64,000 nucleotides of DNA from Candidatus Latescibacterota bacterium (GTDB taxonomy: Bacteria; Latescibacterota; UBA2968; UBA8231). The DNA is taken from positions 1,408,001 through 1,472,000 of the forward strand of contig CBDCSU010000006.1 of assembly GCA_965221775.1 (NCBI GenBank), in the 5' to 3' direction. Under the pieces are notes generated by a model. The model had not been told where the DNA came from. It ran no database searches and saw only the letters and a list, made by a program, of their open reading frames with translations. Of the stretch, positions 1 through 9,813 are shown piece by piece. The position numbers and the translations under genes are program-made. The stretch's first letter is position 1; every line of letters starts with the position of its first letter.

Positions 1-1100
<1,100 letters not shown>

Positions 1101-1124
1101 CGCTCCTGGTGACAGCGGCGATGG

Positions 1125-1142
1125 TGCAAAAGCCGTACCCCA
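1125..1142 (-). promoter_or_regulatory. Candidate sigma-54 (-24/-12) promoter for clpB
   Basis: Minus strand TGGGGTACGGCTTTTGCA = GG-N10-GC with TTGCA, ~20 nt upstream of the clpB RBS. Confidence 0.5.
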
Positions 1143-1300
1143 GGCGACACCCTGCCGGATCGGCAGAATCCGACGAGGCCAGGGAGGCTCCGGCGGTGCC
1201 GATCAGGCACCCCGCGGCAAGTGTGACCGGAAGACCCGGCGCCCCCGGGCGGCCTCAGGGCTGCCGTTGCAGACGGGGCCCCGGCTCCGGGGGCCGCGCC

Positions 1301-2146
1301 TCAATACACTTCGGGGACGAAGTGCTGCTCCTCACGCGGCGGACGCTGGTAGGGCTCCTCATCGGCGCGCGGCGGCAAGGTGACTTCCGGAAGGGTGATG
1401 TCCTCGTGGGGGATCGCCTTCAGGATGTCGCGGATGCAGTTCAGCCGCGCCTTCTGCTTCTCGTCGGAGAGCACCACCCTCCAGGGCGCCTCCTCGATAT
1501 CGGTGTAGAAGAAGGTCTCGTCCTTGGCCCGGGAGAAGTGGACCCAGCGATCGCGCTCCGCCAGGTCGATGTCGCTCAGCTTCCAGCGCTTCCTCGGCTC
1601 GTTGACGCGCGCCTGGAAGCGCTTCTCCTGCTCCTCGGCGCTGACGGAGAACCAGTACTTGAGGAGGATGATGCCGTCGCGCACCAGCATGCGCTCGAAT
1701 TCGGGGCAGGAGCGCAGGAACTCGCGGTACTGCCTGTCGGTGCAGAACCCCATCACCTTCTCCACGCCGGAGCGGTTGTACCAGCTGCGGTCGAAGATGA
1801 CGATCTCCCCGGCCGATGGCAGGTGGGAGATGTAGCGCTGGAAATACCACTGGGAACGCTCGCGGTCGGAGGGCTTGGCCAGGGCCACGACGCGGCAGCC
1901 CCGGGGGTTGAGGGGCTCGGTGATGCGCTTGATCGCCCCGCCCTTGCCGGCCCCTCCGCGGCCCTCGAAGACGAGGACCACCCGAAGGTCGCGGTCCTTG
2001 ATCCAGTACTGGAGGTTGACGAGCTCGTTCTGCAGCCGCTGCAGCTCACGATCGTAGAACCCGCTCTTCAGACGGCCGTCCTTCCTGTAGATGTCCCCGT
2101 CCACGCCGTTCCCGTGGCCCTGTTCCCGCTTCCTGGTCTTGCTCAT
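1301..2146 (-). CDS. ppk2: Polyphosphate kinase 2 (single-domain, class I-like)
   Basis: FEGRGGAGKGG, LNPR, WYFQRY, FDRSWYNR, KRWKLS motifs; ATG 2146 with GGAGGA RBS. Confidence 0.93.
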   Translation of the reverse strand: MSKTRKREQGHGNGVDGDIYRKDGRLKSGFYDRELQRLQNELVNLQYWIKDRDLRVVLVFEGRGGAGKGGAIKRITEPLNPRGCRVVALAKPSDRERSQWYFQRYISHLPSAGEIVIFDRSWYNRSGVEKVMGFCTDRQYREFLRSCPEFERMLVRDGIILLKYWFSVSAEEQEKRFQARVNEPRKRWKLSDIDLAERDRWVHFSRAKDETFFYTDIEEAPWRVVLSDEKQKARLNCIRDILKAIPHEDITLPEVTLPPRADEEPYQRPPREEQHFVPEVY

Positions 2147-2217
2147 GGGGAGATTCCTCCTGCCGGCCCCGAAAGGTAGCGGAACGCTTGGCGGGCCGGC
2201 AACGCACCCCCGCGCCT

Positions 2218-3600
2218 TCAGTTGATGAGGCTGAACCGGAAGAACGTGAGGGACAGGGCCGAGCCCTTGGACGAGCCGGGCACCAGCCCCCCCCGGGTGG
2301 CGTAGGCGAAGTCGAAGAGCTCCAGCTCCGTGCCGCGGATGGTGAACGGTCCGAAGGCGAAGCCGACGGCGGTGCTGGAGCTGCGGCCTCCGAGGGAGAT
2401 GCCCGAGCGCGCCGGGAACCAGGATACCAGCCTGTATTCGGCGCCGAAGGAGATCCTGGGCGTTGTCGTCAGCCCGAACCCTTCGCTCAGGGCCTGATCG
2501 TAGTTGCCGAGCAGGGTCAGCTGCGAGGTCTGCCGGCGGGCCGCGCCGACGCGCAGAAGGGCCGGCAGGGACCGCGAGAAACTCCGTTCGCCGACCTTCT
2601 CCAGGTGCTCCTCGACGCCGTCCCCGTTGAGGTCGTCCTTGTCGACGATGTCCCAGATGTTCTCCACGTCGAGAAGACGGGTCACCCGGAGGCCGCTGGC
2701 GGCGGCGTAGAACGAGTCCTGCTGCGCCGCGATGTTCCAGGTCATGGCGTCGAGCAGGTTGAGCACGCCGAGGCCGAAGGTCGTTCGGTGGTCCCGGGTC
2801 ACTCCGGCGACGCCGAGGTCGATGCCGAACCCGAGGCCGCCGCCGTACTGGGCCAGGCCCTGCAGGTCGTCCAGCTCCGCGCCCACGGGAAGGACCTCCA
2901 GCACGCCGCTGGTCTCCACCACCTCGCCGTAGGCGCCGCCGAGAAGCTTGAAGGTCATCCCGAGGGAGAGCTCCCCCAGGTAGGGCTCCAGCCGGGGCGG
3001 CAGCCACGGACGGGCGCCAGACCAGTTGAGGCTGGCCACGCCCCAGCCCGAACCGTCCCAGTCGGAGATGTCGTACGGGCGGTCGAACTCGTTGCCGTAG
3101 AACATCAGGTGGAAGATGTCCTTCGGCAGCTCGCCCTCCACGCCGACGGCCAGGCCAGTGGTGACGGCGGCGTGGATCCCCCAGGGCATGGCAAAGGCGG
3201 CGCCGCCGTTGAGGGGAACGCCGGCGATGACCGAAGGCATGAGGTCGAGGTTGAACCCGAGGCCGCTCCCCGGGACCTCGCCGAGCAGGTCCTGCTTGTC
3301 GCGGTCGGTGAGGACGTGCTGATCGTCGGTGAAGTGGTCGTTGTAGGCCTTCACCGAGAAGGCGTTGTTCTCGGCCACCAGGCCGACGCCGGCGGCCAGC
3401 ATCTCCCACTTGAAGCGCGGACTGGTCCTCAAGCCCAGGTTGGCGGGGTTCCAGAACGCGGCCTCCGGACCCCGGGCCAGGGCCGTGTACGACCTCCCGA
3501 GGGCGAGAGCCCGGGCCGAGCTGTCCCCGACGACGCCGAAGGCTCCCGTGGCGGTCAGGCAGACGGCGAGGAGGACGCGGACGGCGGCGGGACCGGTCAT
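2218..3600 (-). CDS. Outer-membrane beta-barrel protein (FadL/PorV/DUF5723-like N-terminal motif)
   Basis: Signal peptide, ARALALGRSYTALARGPEAAFWNPANL motif, amphipathic strands, aromatic C-terminal strand; 4-nt overlap with the upstream lipoprotein gene. Confidence 0.7.
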   Translation of the reverse strand: MTGPAAVRVLLAVCLTATGAFGVVGDSSARALALGRSYTALARGPEAAFWNPANLGLRTSPRFKWEMLAAGVGLVAENNAFSVKAYNDHFTDDQHVLTDRDKQDLLGEVPGSGLGFNLDLMPSVIAGVPLNGGAAFAMPWGIHAAVTTGLAVGVEGELPKDIFHLMFYGNEFDRPYDISDWDGSGWGVASLNWSGARPWLPPRLEPYLGELSLGMTFKLLGGAYGEVVETSGVLEVLPVGAELDDLQGLAQYGGGLGFGIDLGVAGVTRDHRTTFGLGVLNLLDAMTWNIAAQQDSFYAAASGLRVTRLLDVENIWDIVDKDDLNGDGVEEHLEKVGERSFSRSLPALLRVGAARRQTSQLTLLGNYDQALSEGFGLTTTPRISFGAEYRLVSWFPARSGISLGGRSSSTAVGFAFGPFTIRGTELELFDFAYATRGGLVPGSSKGSALSLTFFRFSLIN

Positions 3601-5729
3601 TCGACGAGGGACTCGTTGAGCTCGATGAAGATCTCGGCCTGCGCCTGAACGACGACGATGTCGTCGCCGTGGATCTGGTCCCAGGTGGGCGATGCCAGGC
3701 GGACCTTGACCCCGCTGTACAGGGTCCGCACCCGGCTGTCGGGGTCCGCGGGCCCCGGGTCGTCGGGGTCGATGTCGAGGAGCAGGCGCAGGTCGTCGGC
3801 GGTCAGGAAGACCTGGCGGATGCCGGGCGCGTCCGGGTCGACGCCGAAGTACTGCCCGTCCTCCTTGGGAAGGGTCAGGATCGGATCGGAGAACACGAGG
3901 CCGGGATCGTAGGCGGTGAACAGGCGCACGCCGATGGCCAGGGGGGTCTTGTTGAGTACCGTCGTCGTCACCACCGCGCCCTCGATGTTGGCGTTGATCC
4001 GCCGCCGGGCCTCGGCGTCGGTGAAAGCCCCCTGGGAGCGCGGGCTGCTCTCGAACCAGGAGGTGTCGGCCAGCAGGCGGGCGGGGGCCTCGAAGGCCAC
4101 CTTGTCGAGGCGGATCCAGTGATCGGCGGCGACCCGGGAGGTGTCCGCCTCGAACCCCGCGCCGATGAGGATGGAGTCGGTGTGCACGGTGACCCGGGTG
4201 GGCAGGAAGTCGAGGAAGGGGGTGAGCCGGCCGGGGGCGACATCGATCGAGCGCGTCACCGGGTCGGCCGGTGAGCCCGCCTCGGTGTCGAGGCGCAGCT
4301 GCAAGGTCCGCTCCAGCCCGGCCGAGTCCGGAATCGCCGAGTCGGTCCCGACGACGCGGAGGTCCAGGCGCCCGGGCACGCCCACGGCGCTGGTGTAGGT
4401 CACCCTCATGCCCGCCGAATCGAAGGCCACGGCGTTGATCGTATCGGCCCCCGCGGGCAGGTCGATGTAGCGCGTCCGCGGCTCGATCGCGGGCAGTTGA
4501 AGGCGATCGAACCGGCCGCTGACCTCGCGGAAGGTCAGCTTCTCCGGGACCGCCTCCACGATCAGCGCCGCCTCCGGGCGCAGGGTCACCGCCGCCTCCG
4601 ACCGGTGGGTGCGGCCCGTGTACCCGACGCGCATCTCCAGTGGATCGTCCGGCCGGAAGACGTGGCCGTCGAGGGGGATCACGACCTCCCGGGAAGCACC
4701 CGCGCCAAGCCCGTCGATGACCCCGGCCGCCGAGACCCCGGTCGCCTCGTCGGCCACCTCGGGCAGCGCCAGGGTCACGTCCATCGCCACCGGCAGCTCG
4801 TTGGTGACCACCAGGCTCAGGCGGCCGCTCTCGATCAGGGCCCGCGTCAGCCGCAGGTGGTCCGCCGGGAGCGTGATCACGGCGGGCTCGTCGGGTGCCA
4901 CCACCTGGGGCTCGATGGGGGCGGTGGCCTCGCGCACCACCAGGCGGCTCAGCCCGAGGGTGACGGCGAGGGAGTCCTCCGCGCGCAGGGTGACGGTCTC
5001 CTCCGGCGCCTCCAGGCGGGCGCTCTCCAGGAGAAGGACCAGGTCCCCCGAGATCCGCCGGTCGGTGAGGTCGAAGACCGCGGCCCCGGTGCCCCCGGCG
5101 TCGATGCGGCGCAGTTCTGCCGTCTGCACCGTGCGGCCCCCGTCGAGGAGGGCCAGCTCCAGGTCGACGAAGGCCAGGGGCAGGCCGTTGGCGATCGTCA
5201 CGGTCAGGCTCCCCGAGGCCACCTCGAGGGACTCGACCCCCGGCAGGGGCAGCTCCAGGCCGGAGAGCGAGGTCTCCTCGGGGACCCGGATCTCCTGCCC
5301 GAGAAGCTCCGCGGGCAGAAACGCCCCGGCGGTGATCAGGGGCAGGACGATCTCCCGGCCGGCGAAAGCGATCTCCCCGAGGGGCGCGGAGAAACGGGCG
5401 GGCTCGGGCGTGACGGCGAGGCGGCCGCCGACCTCGGACCGGCCCTCGAGGTCGCTGAACTCGCGGTCGTAGCGGAAGGCGATGCTGCCGTCGGCGCGGA
5501 GGGCGAGATAGTCGGCCTCCTCGGCGACGATCTCGGAGAGAGCCGTCGTGTCGTTGGCCACCGGAACGCGGAGGACGATGGACGACCGCGGAACCTGGGG
5601 CTTCTCCACGGCGCAGCCGGCGGCGATCAGCGCCGCCCCGAGTGCCGCAGCTACCGCGGCGGACCGAGGGCGCGGGCAGGCGGCCCCCCTGGGGATGTGC
5701 CGGGATGCCCTCTGGCGGCCGGTGGTCAT
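3597..5729 (-). CDS. Large hypothetical lipoprotein with repeated beta-rich modules
   Basis: Lipobox-like IAAG|C; recurring SGxLxVxxxNxLP segments; start uncertain. Confidence 0.7.
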   Translation of the reverse strand: MTTGRQRASRHIPRGAACPRPRSAAVAAALGAALIAAGCAVEKPQVPRSSIVLRVPVANDTTALSEIVAEEADYLALRADGSIAFRYDREFSDLEGRSEVGGRLAVTPEPARFSAPLGEIAFAGREIVLPLITAGAFLPAELLGQEIRVPEETSLSGLELPLPGVESLEVASGSLTVTIANGLPLAFVDLELALLDGGRTVQTAELRRIDAGGTGAAVFDLTDRRISGDLVLLLESARLEAPEETVTLRAEDSLAVTLGLSRLVVREATAPIEPQVVAPDEPAVITLPADHLRLTRALIESGRLSLVVTNELPVAMDVTLALPEVADEATGVSAAGVIDGLGAGASREVVIPLDGHVFRPDDPLEMRVGYTGRTHRSEAAVTLRPEAALIVEAVPEKLTFREVSGRFDRLQLPAIEPRTRYIDLPAGADTINAVAFDSAGMRVTYTSAVGVPGRLDLRVVGTDSAIPDSAGLERTLQLRLDTEAGSPADPVTRSIDVAPGRLTPFLDFLPTRVTVHTDSILIGAGFEADTSRVAADHWIRLDKVAFEAPARLLADTSWFESSPRSQGAFTDAEARRRINANIEGAVVTTTVLNKTPLAIGVRLFTAYDPGLVFSDPILTLPKEDGQYFGVDPDAPGIRQVFLTADDLRLLLDIDPDDPGPADPDSRVRTLYSGVKVRLASPTWDQIHGDDIVVVQAQAEIFIELNESLVE

Positions 5730-5745
5730 CTCCGCAAGCCGCGGC

Positions 5746-6906
5746 TCAGATCCCGGCGGCCTGCTCGAGGGCGGCAACCTTGTCCGTCCTCTCCCAGGTG
5801 AAGTCGTCGCCGCCGCGTCCGAAGTGGCCGTAGTTGGCGGTCTTGCGGTAGATGGGGCGGCGCAGCTGCAGGTGGTCGATGATCCCCCGGGGCGTCAGGT
5901 CGAAGACCTCGGAGATCAGCCCCGCCATCTCGCCGTCCTTCACCACCCCGCCCGTGCCGAAGGTGTTCACCAGGATCGACACCGGCCGGGCGACGCCGAT
6001 GGCGTAGGCGAGCTGGATCTGGCAGCGGCCGGCCAGCCCGGCGGCGACCAGGTTCTTGGCCACGTAGCGGGCCATGTAGTGGGCGCTTCGATCGACCTTC
6101 GTCGGGTCCTTGCCGGAGAACGCGCCGCCGCCGTGGGGGCAGGCGCCGCCGTAGGTGTCGACGATGATCTTGCGCCCCGTGAGGCCGCAGTCGCCATGGG
6201 GGCCGCCGACGACGAAGCGGCCCGTGGGATTGATGTGATAGACCGTGTCCGGGCCGAGGAGGTCCTGCGGGACCACCTTCCGGATCTCGGCGATCATGTC
6301 CCGCTCGATGCGGGAGTGCTCGACGTCCGGGTCGTGCTGCGTCGACAGGACGACGGCGGCGACCCGCCGGGGCTCGTCGCCCTGGTACTCCACGGTGACC
6401 TGCGACTTGGCGTCGGGCCGCAGGTAGCCGACGGCCCCCTCCCTCCGGAGGCGGGCGTGATGCTGCAGGATGCGGTGGGCCAGGGTGATGGGCAGGGGCA
6501 TCAGCTCCGGGGTCTCGCGGCAGGCGAAACCGAACATCATGCCCTGATCGCCGGCCCCCATCTCCCGGTGCAGGCCTTCCGACTCGGTGACCCCCTGGGA
6601 GATGTCGGCGGACTGCTTGTCGAGGGCGACGACGACGCCGCAGGAGCGGGCGTCGAAGCCGTAGGCGGGATCGGTGTAGCCCACGTCCTCCACGACCTGG
6701 CGGACCGTGGCCTGGATGTCGGGCTGCGCCGCCGAGGTGACCTCCCCGGCCACGACCACGAGCCCGGTGGTGACCAGGGTCTCGCAGGCGACCCGGGAGT
6801 GGGGATCCCCGGCGAGCATGGCGTCGAGAACGGCATCCGAGATCTGGTCGGCCACCTTGTCGGGATGTCCCTCGGAGACCGATTCGGATGTAAACAGGTG
6901 ACTCAC
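5746..6906 (-). CDS. metK: S-adenosylmethionine synthetase
   Basis: [35 protein letters not shown]. Confidence 0.98.
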   Translation of the reverse strand: MSHLFTSESVSEGHPDKVADQISDAVLDAMLAGDPHSRVACETLVTTGLVVVAGEVTSAAQPDIQATVRQVVEDVGYTDPAYGFDARSCGVVVALDKQSADISQGVTESEGLHREMGAGDQGMMFGFACRETPELMPLPITLAHRILQHHARLRREGAVGYLRPDAKSQVTVEYQGDEPRRVAAVVLSTQHDPDVEHSRIERDMIAEIRKVVPQDLLGPDTVYHINPTGRFVVGGPHGDCGLTGRKIIVDTYGGACPHGGGAFSGKDPTKVDRSAHYMARYVAKNLVAAGLAGRCQIQLAYAIGVARPVSILVNTFGTGGVVKDGEMAGLISEVFDLTPRGIIDHLQLRRPIYRKTANYGHFGRGGDDFTWERTDKVAALEQAAGI

Positions 6907-6940
6907 TTCCTCCCTCTCCTCGTCTTGGGTCGATGCACGG

Positions 6941-8731
6941 TCATCCCTCCACCTCCTCGCTGGGGGGGCGGGCGGCGGCCAGCACCTCCGACATCTCGGC
7001 CTCGACCCGTTCGCGGACCTCCCGGGCCGAGGTCAGTGCCAGGCACTGGCGGGCCAGCTCCGTCATCCGCCCGATCTCCGCGGCTCTCAGCAGCTCCCTC
7101 ACCTCCGGGATCTGGGGCGGGCTCACGCTCAACTGGCGCACCCCCAGCCCCAGAAGGAGCAGGGCGGCCACCGGGTCGGCGACCATCTCGCCGCAGATGT
7201 TCGTCGGGATCCCCGCCCCCTGCGAGGCCTCGGCGACCTGCCGGATCAGGCGAAGGACGGCCGGATGCAGCGGCTGGTATAGCTCGGCCACGCGCGCCGT
7301 ACCGCGGTCGACGGCCAGGGTGTACTGGACCAGGTCGTTGGTCCCCAGGCTGAAGAAGTCGACCTCCCCGGCCAGCTGCTCGGCGGTGATCGCCGCCGAC
7401 GGCACCTCGATCATCACCCCCACCTGGCAGTCGGCCCTGTGGTCGATCCCCTCGCGGCTCAGATCGGCCGCGGTCTCGGCGATCATCTCCCGGGCCTGCC
7501 GGATCTCCTCCAGGCCGCTGATCATGGGCAGGAGGATGCGCGTCTCGCCGTGGACGGCGGCCCTCAGGATGGCGCGCAACTGGGTCTTGAACAGGTCCGG
7601 ATTGTCGAGACAGATGCGGATGCCCCGCCAGCCGAGAAAGGGATTGGCCTCCGGGGGCGAGTCGACGGCGTGGATGAGCTTGTCCCCCCCGAGGTCGATG
7701 GTGCGGATCACCACCGGCTGCGGCGCCATGGCCTTGACGATCCTGGAATAGCAGTCGAGCTGGTCGGCCTCCGAGGGCAACCCGTACCCGAGGTAGAGGA
7801 ACTCGGTGCGGAGCATGCCCACGCCCCGGGCGCCGTTGCGCACCGCCAGGTCGATCTCCTGCGGCAGGTCGAGATTGGCCAGGAGCACCACCTCCTCGCC
7901 GTCGCGGGTCACCGTGGGCAGGTCCGCCCGCCGGCTCAGCTCCCGCTCGCGGCGCAGCTGCCGGCGGCGGCGGGTGCGGAAGCGCCGCAGGGTCGCCGCG
8001 TCGGGACGCACGTGCACGGTGCCCTCGTCGCCGTCGACGACCAGCAGATCGCCGGCGCGCACCGCCCAGGAAGCCCTCCCCGTTCCGACCACCGTGGGCA
8101 GTCCGAGAGAACGGGCGATGATGCTGGTGTGGGACGTCTCCCCTCCCACGTCGGTGACCAGGCCCGTCACCAGCCGCCGGGCCAGCTGGGCGGCTTCGGA
8201 AGGCAGCAGGTCGCGGGCGACGATCACGGTGTTGGAGCGCAGCGTCTGCAGACCGGAGAACCCGCCCCCCGCCAGGTGCACGAGAACCTGTTGCTCGATG
8301 TCCTTGAGGTCCCCCACCCGGGCGCGCAGGTACTCGTTGTCGATCTTCTCGAACTCCCGGCGAAGGGCGCCCATGGTGGCGGCGAAGGCGCCCTCGGCCG
8401 AGCGCCTGGCGGAGCGGATGCGCTCGATCGTCGCGTCGCGGACCTGCACGTCCTCGAGCATGGCCAGCTGGGCGTCGAAGATCAGCGCCAGGTCGGTCCC
8501 GTGCTCGTGCTCGACGCGCTGGCGGGTGCGGCGCACGTCGCCGGCCACCGCCTCCAGGGCGGCGCGGAAGCGCCCCACCTCGGCCTCCACGCGATGGGCG
8601 GGGACCTTCCTCGGCGAGCCGGCGGCGGGACTCTCCACCCGGTGGGTGAAGGCCTTGCCGATGGCGATCCCGGGCGAGGCCGGGATGCCCTCGATCCTCC
8701 GGTAGGTCCCGCGCTGGGTCGATTGGCTCAC
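6941..8731 (-). CDS. ptsI: PTS enzyme I (PEP-protein phosphotransferase)
   Basis: [12 protein letters not shown] phospho-His, [30 protein letters not shown]. Confidence 0.96.
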   Translation of the reverse strand: MSQSTQRGTYRRIEGIPASPGIAIGKAFTHRVESPAAGSPRKVPAHRVEAEVGRFRAALEAVAGDVRRTRQRVEHEHGTDLALIFDAQLAMLEDVQVRDATIERIRSARRSAEGAFAATMGALRREFEKIDNEYLRARVGDLKDIEQQVLVHLAGGGFSGLQTLRSNTVIVARDLLPSEAAQLARRLVTGLVTDVGGETSHTSIIARSLGLPTVVGTGRASWAVRAGDLLVVDGDEGTVHVRPDAATLRRFRTRRRRQLRRERELSRRADLPTVTRDGEEVVLLANLDLPQEIDLAVRNGARGVGMLRTEFLYLGYGLPSEADQLDCYSRIVKAMAPQPVVIRTIDLGGDKLIHAVDSPPEANPFLGWRGIRICLDNPDLFKTQLRAILRAAVHGETRILLPMISGLEEIRQAREMIAETAADLSREGIDHRADCQVGVMIEVPSAAITAEQLAGEVDFFSLGTNDLVQYTLAVDRGTARVAELYQPLHPAVLRLIRQVAEASQGAGIPTNICGEMVADPVAALLLLGLGVRQLSVSPPQIPEVRELLRAAEIGRMTELARQCLALTSAREVRERVEAEMSEVLAAARPPSEEVEG

Positions 8732-8738
8732 GGCGTCC

Positions 8739-9008
8739 TCAGGTACTCTCGAAGTCTCCGCCGAGCAGTCCGGTCACCGCCTCCAGGGCGGCCTCGGCAT
8801 CGCTGCCCTCGGCCTCGACCACCACCTCGGAGCCATGCTCGGCGGCGAGCATCATCACCCCCATGATGCTCTTGCCGTTGATGCGGTTCACGTCGCCCTT
8901 GCTCAGATAGATATCGGCCTCGTAGCGCGAGGCCGCCTGCACGAGGAGGGTGGCGGGACGGGCGTGGATGCCCAGCTTGTTCGTGACCTTCACGCTCTTG
9001 CGGATCAT
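8739..9008 (-). CDS. ptsH: Phosphocarrier protein HPr
   Basis: GIHARPA (His15), KSIMGVMML (Ser46). Confidence 0.96.
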   Translation of the reverse strand: MIRKSVKVTNKLGIHARPATLLVQAASRYEADIYLSKGDVNRINGKSIMGVMMLAAEHGSEVVVEAEGSDAEAALEAVTGLLGGDFEST

Positions 9009-9045
9009 CGGTTTCGCCGGTCTGCCCCGGTGCGGGAGGGGTTCC

Positions 9046-9795
9046 TCAGCCCTCGGCGATGTGGACCGCGGCGCTCAGCTCCCGCAGGCGGCCCGGGTCG
9101 TTCTCCACGGCCGTGCCGGTCACCACGAAGGCGGCGCCTCCCTCGACCTTGTCGCGCGCCGTGCGCGGATCGCGGATGCCGCCGCCGACGATCACCGGCA
9201 GGTCGACGTACCGGGAGACGGCCCGCACCATCGGGGTGGGCACGGAATCGCGGGCCCCCGAGCCGGTCTCGAGGTAGACGAGCCTCATGCCGAGATACTG
9301 GGCGGCCAGGGCGTGGGCCATGGCGATGTCGTCCTTGCCGCGCGGTATGGGCCGCGTGGAGCTCATGAACTCCGTCGATGTCAGGGTGCCGGATTCGACC
9401 AGCATGTAGGCCGTGGAGATGACCTCCATGCCGTACTCCTTGAGCAGCGGGGCGGCGCGGACCTGCTGCCCGATGAGCAGCTCGGGGTTGCGGCCGCTCA
9501 CCATGCACAGGTACAGGATCGCGTCGGCCGTGCGCACGACCTGTCCCGCGTCCCCCGGAAAGGAGATGACGGGGATCTGCACGAGGGCGCGCAGGCGCTC
9601 GAAGAGCTCGGCGTTGCGTCCGGTCGAGAGCATCAGGCTGGTGCCCACGAGGATGCCGTCGGCCCCCGCCTCGGCGCACATCGAGGCCCGCCTTTCCAGG
9701 TCTTTCAGGGGCAGGCGGTCGGGGTCGAGGAGGGTGAGATAGCCCGCGCCGCGCCGCGCCCGTGCCTCTAGCAGCTGTTCGAGGGTGCTTTTCAT
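9046..9795 (-). CDS. Geranylgeranylglyceryl phosphate synthase family protein (group II GGGPS-like)
   Basis: LLDPD, ADGILVG, FPG..ADAIL..SGRNP..LIG, YMLVESG, YLETGSGA, VGGGIR TIM-barrel motifs. Confidence 0.9.
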   Translation of the reverse strand: MKSTLEQLLEARARRGAGYLTLLDPDRLPLKDLERRASMCAEAGADGILVGTSLMLSTGRNAELFERLRALVQIPVISFPGDAGQVVRTADAILYLCMVSGRNPELLIGQQVRAAPLLKEYGMEVISTAYMLVESGTLTSTEFMSSTRPIPRGKDDIAMAHALAAQYLGMRLVYLETGSGARDSVPTPMVRAVSRYVDLPVIVGGGIRDPRTARDKVEGGAAFVVTGTAVENDPGRLRELSAAVHIAEG

Positions 9796-9813
9796 CGTCC
9801 CGCGGCCTGTGCG

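Noticed and set aside
2161-2201. Hairpin TGCCGGCCC..GGGCCGGCA just upstream of the ppk2 RBS
   Set aside because: No recognisable riboswitch motif; GC-rich stems arise readily by chance in this genome.
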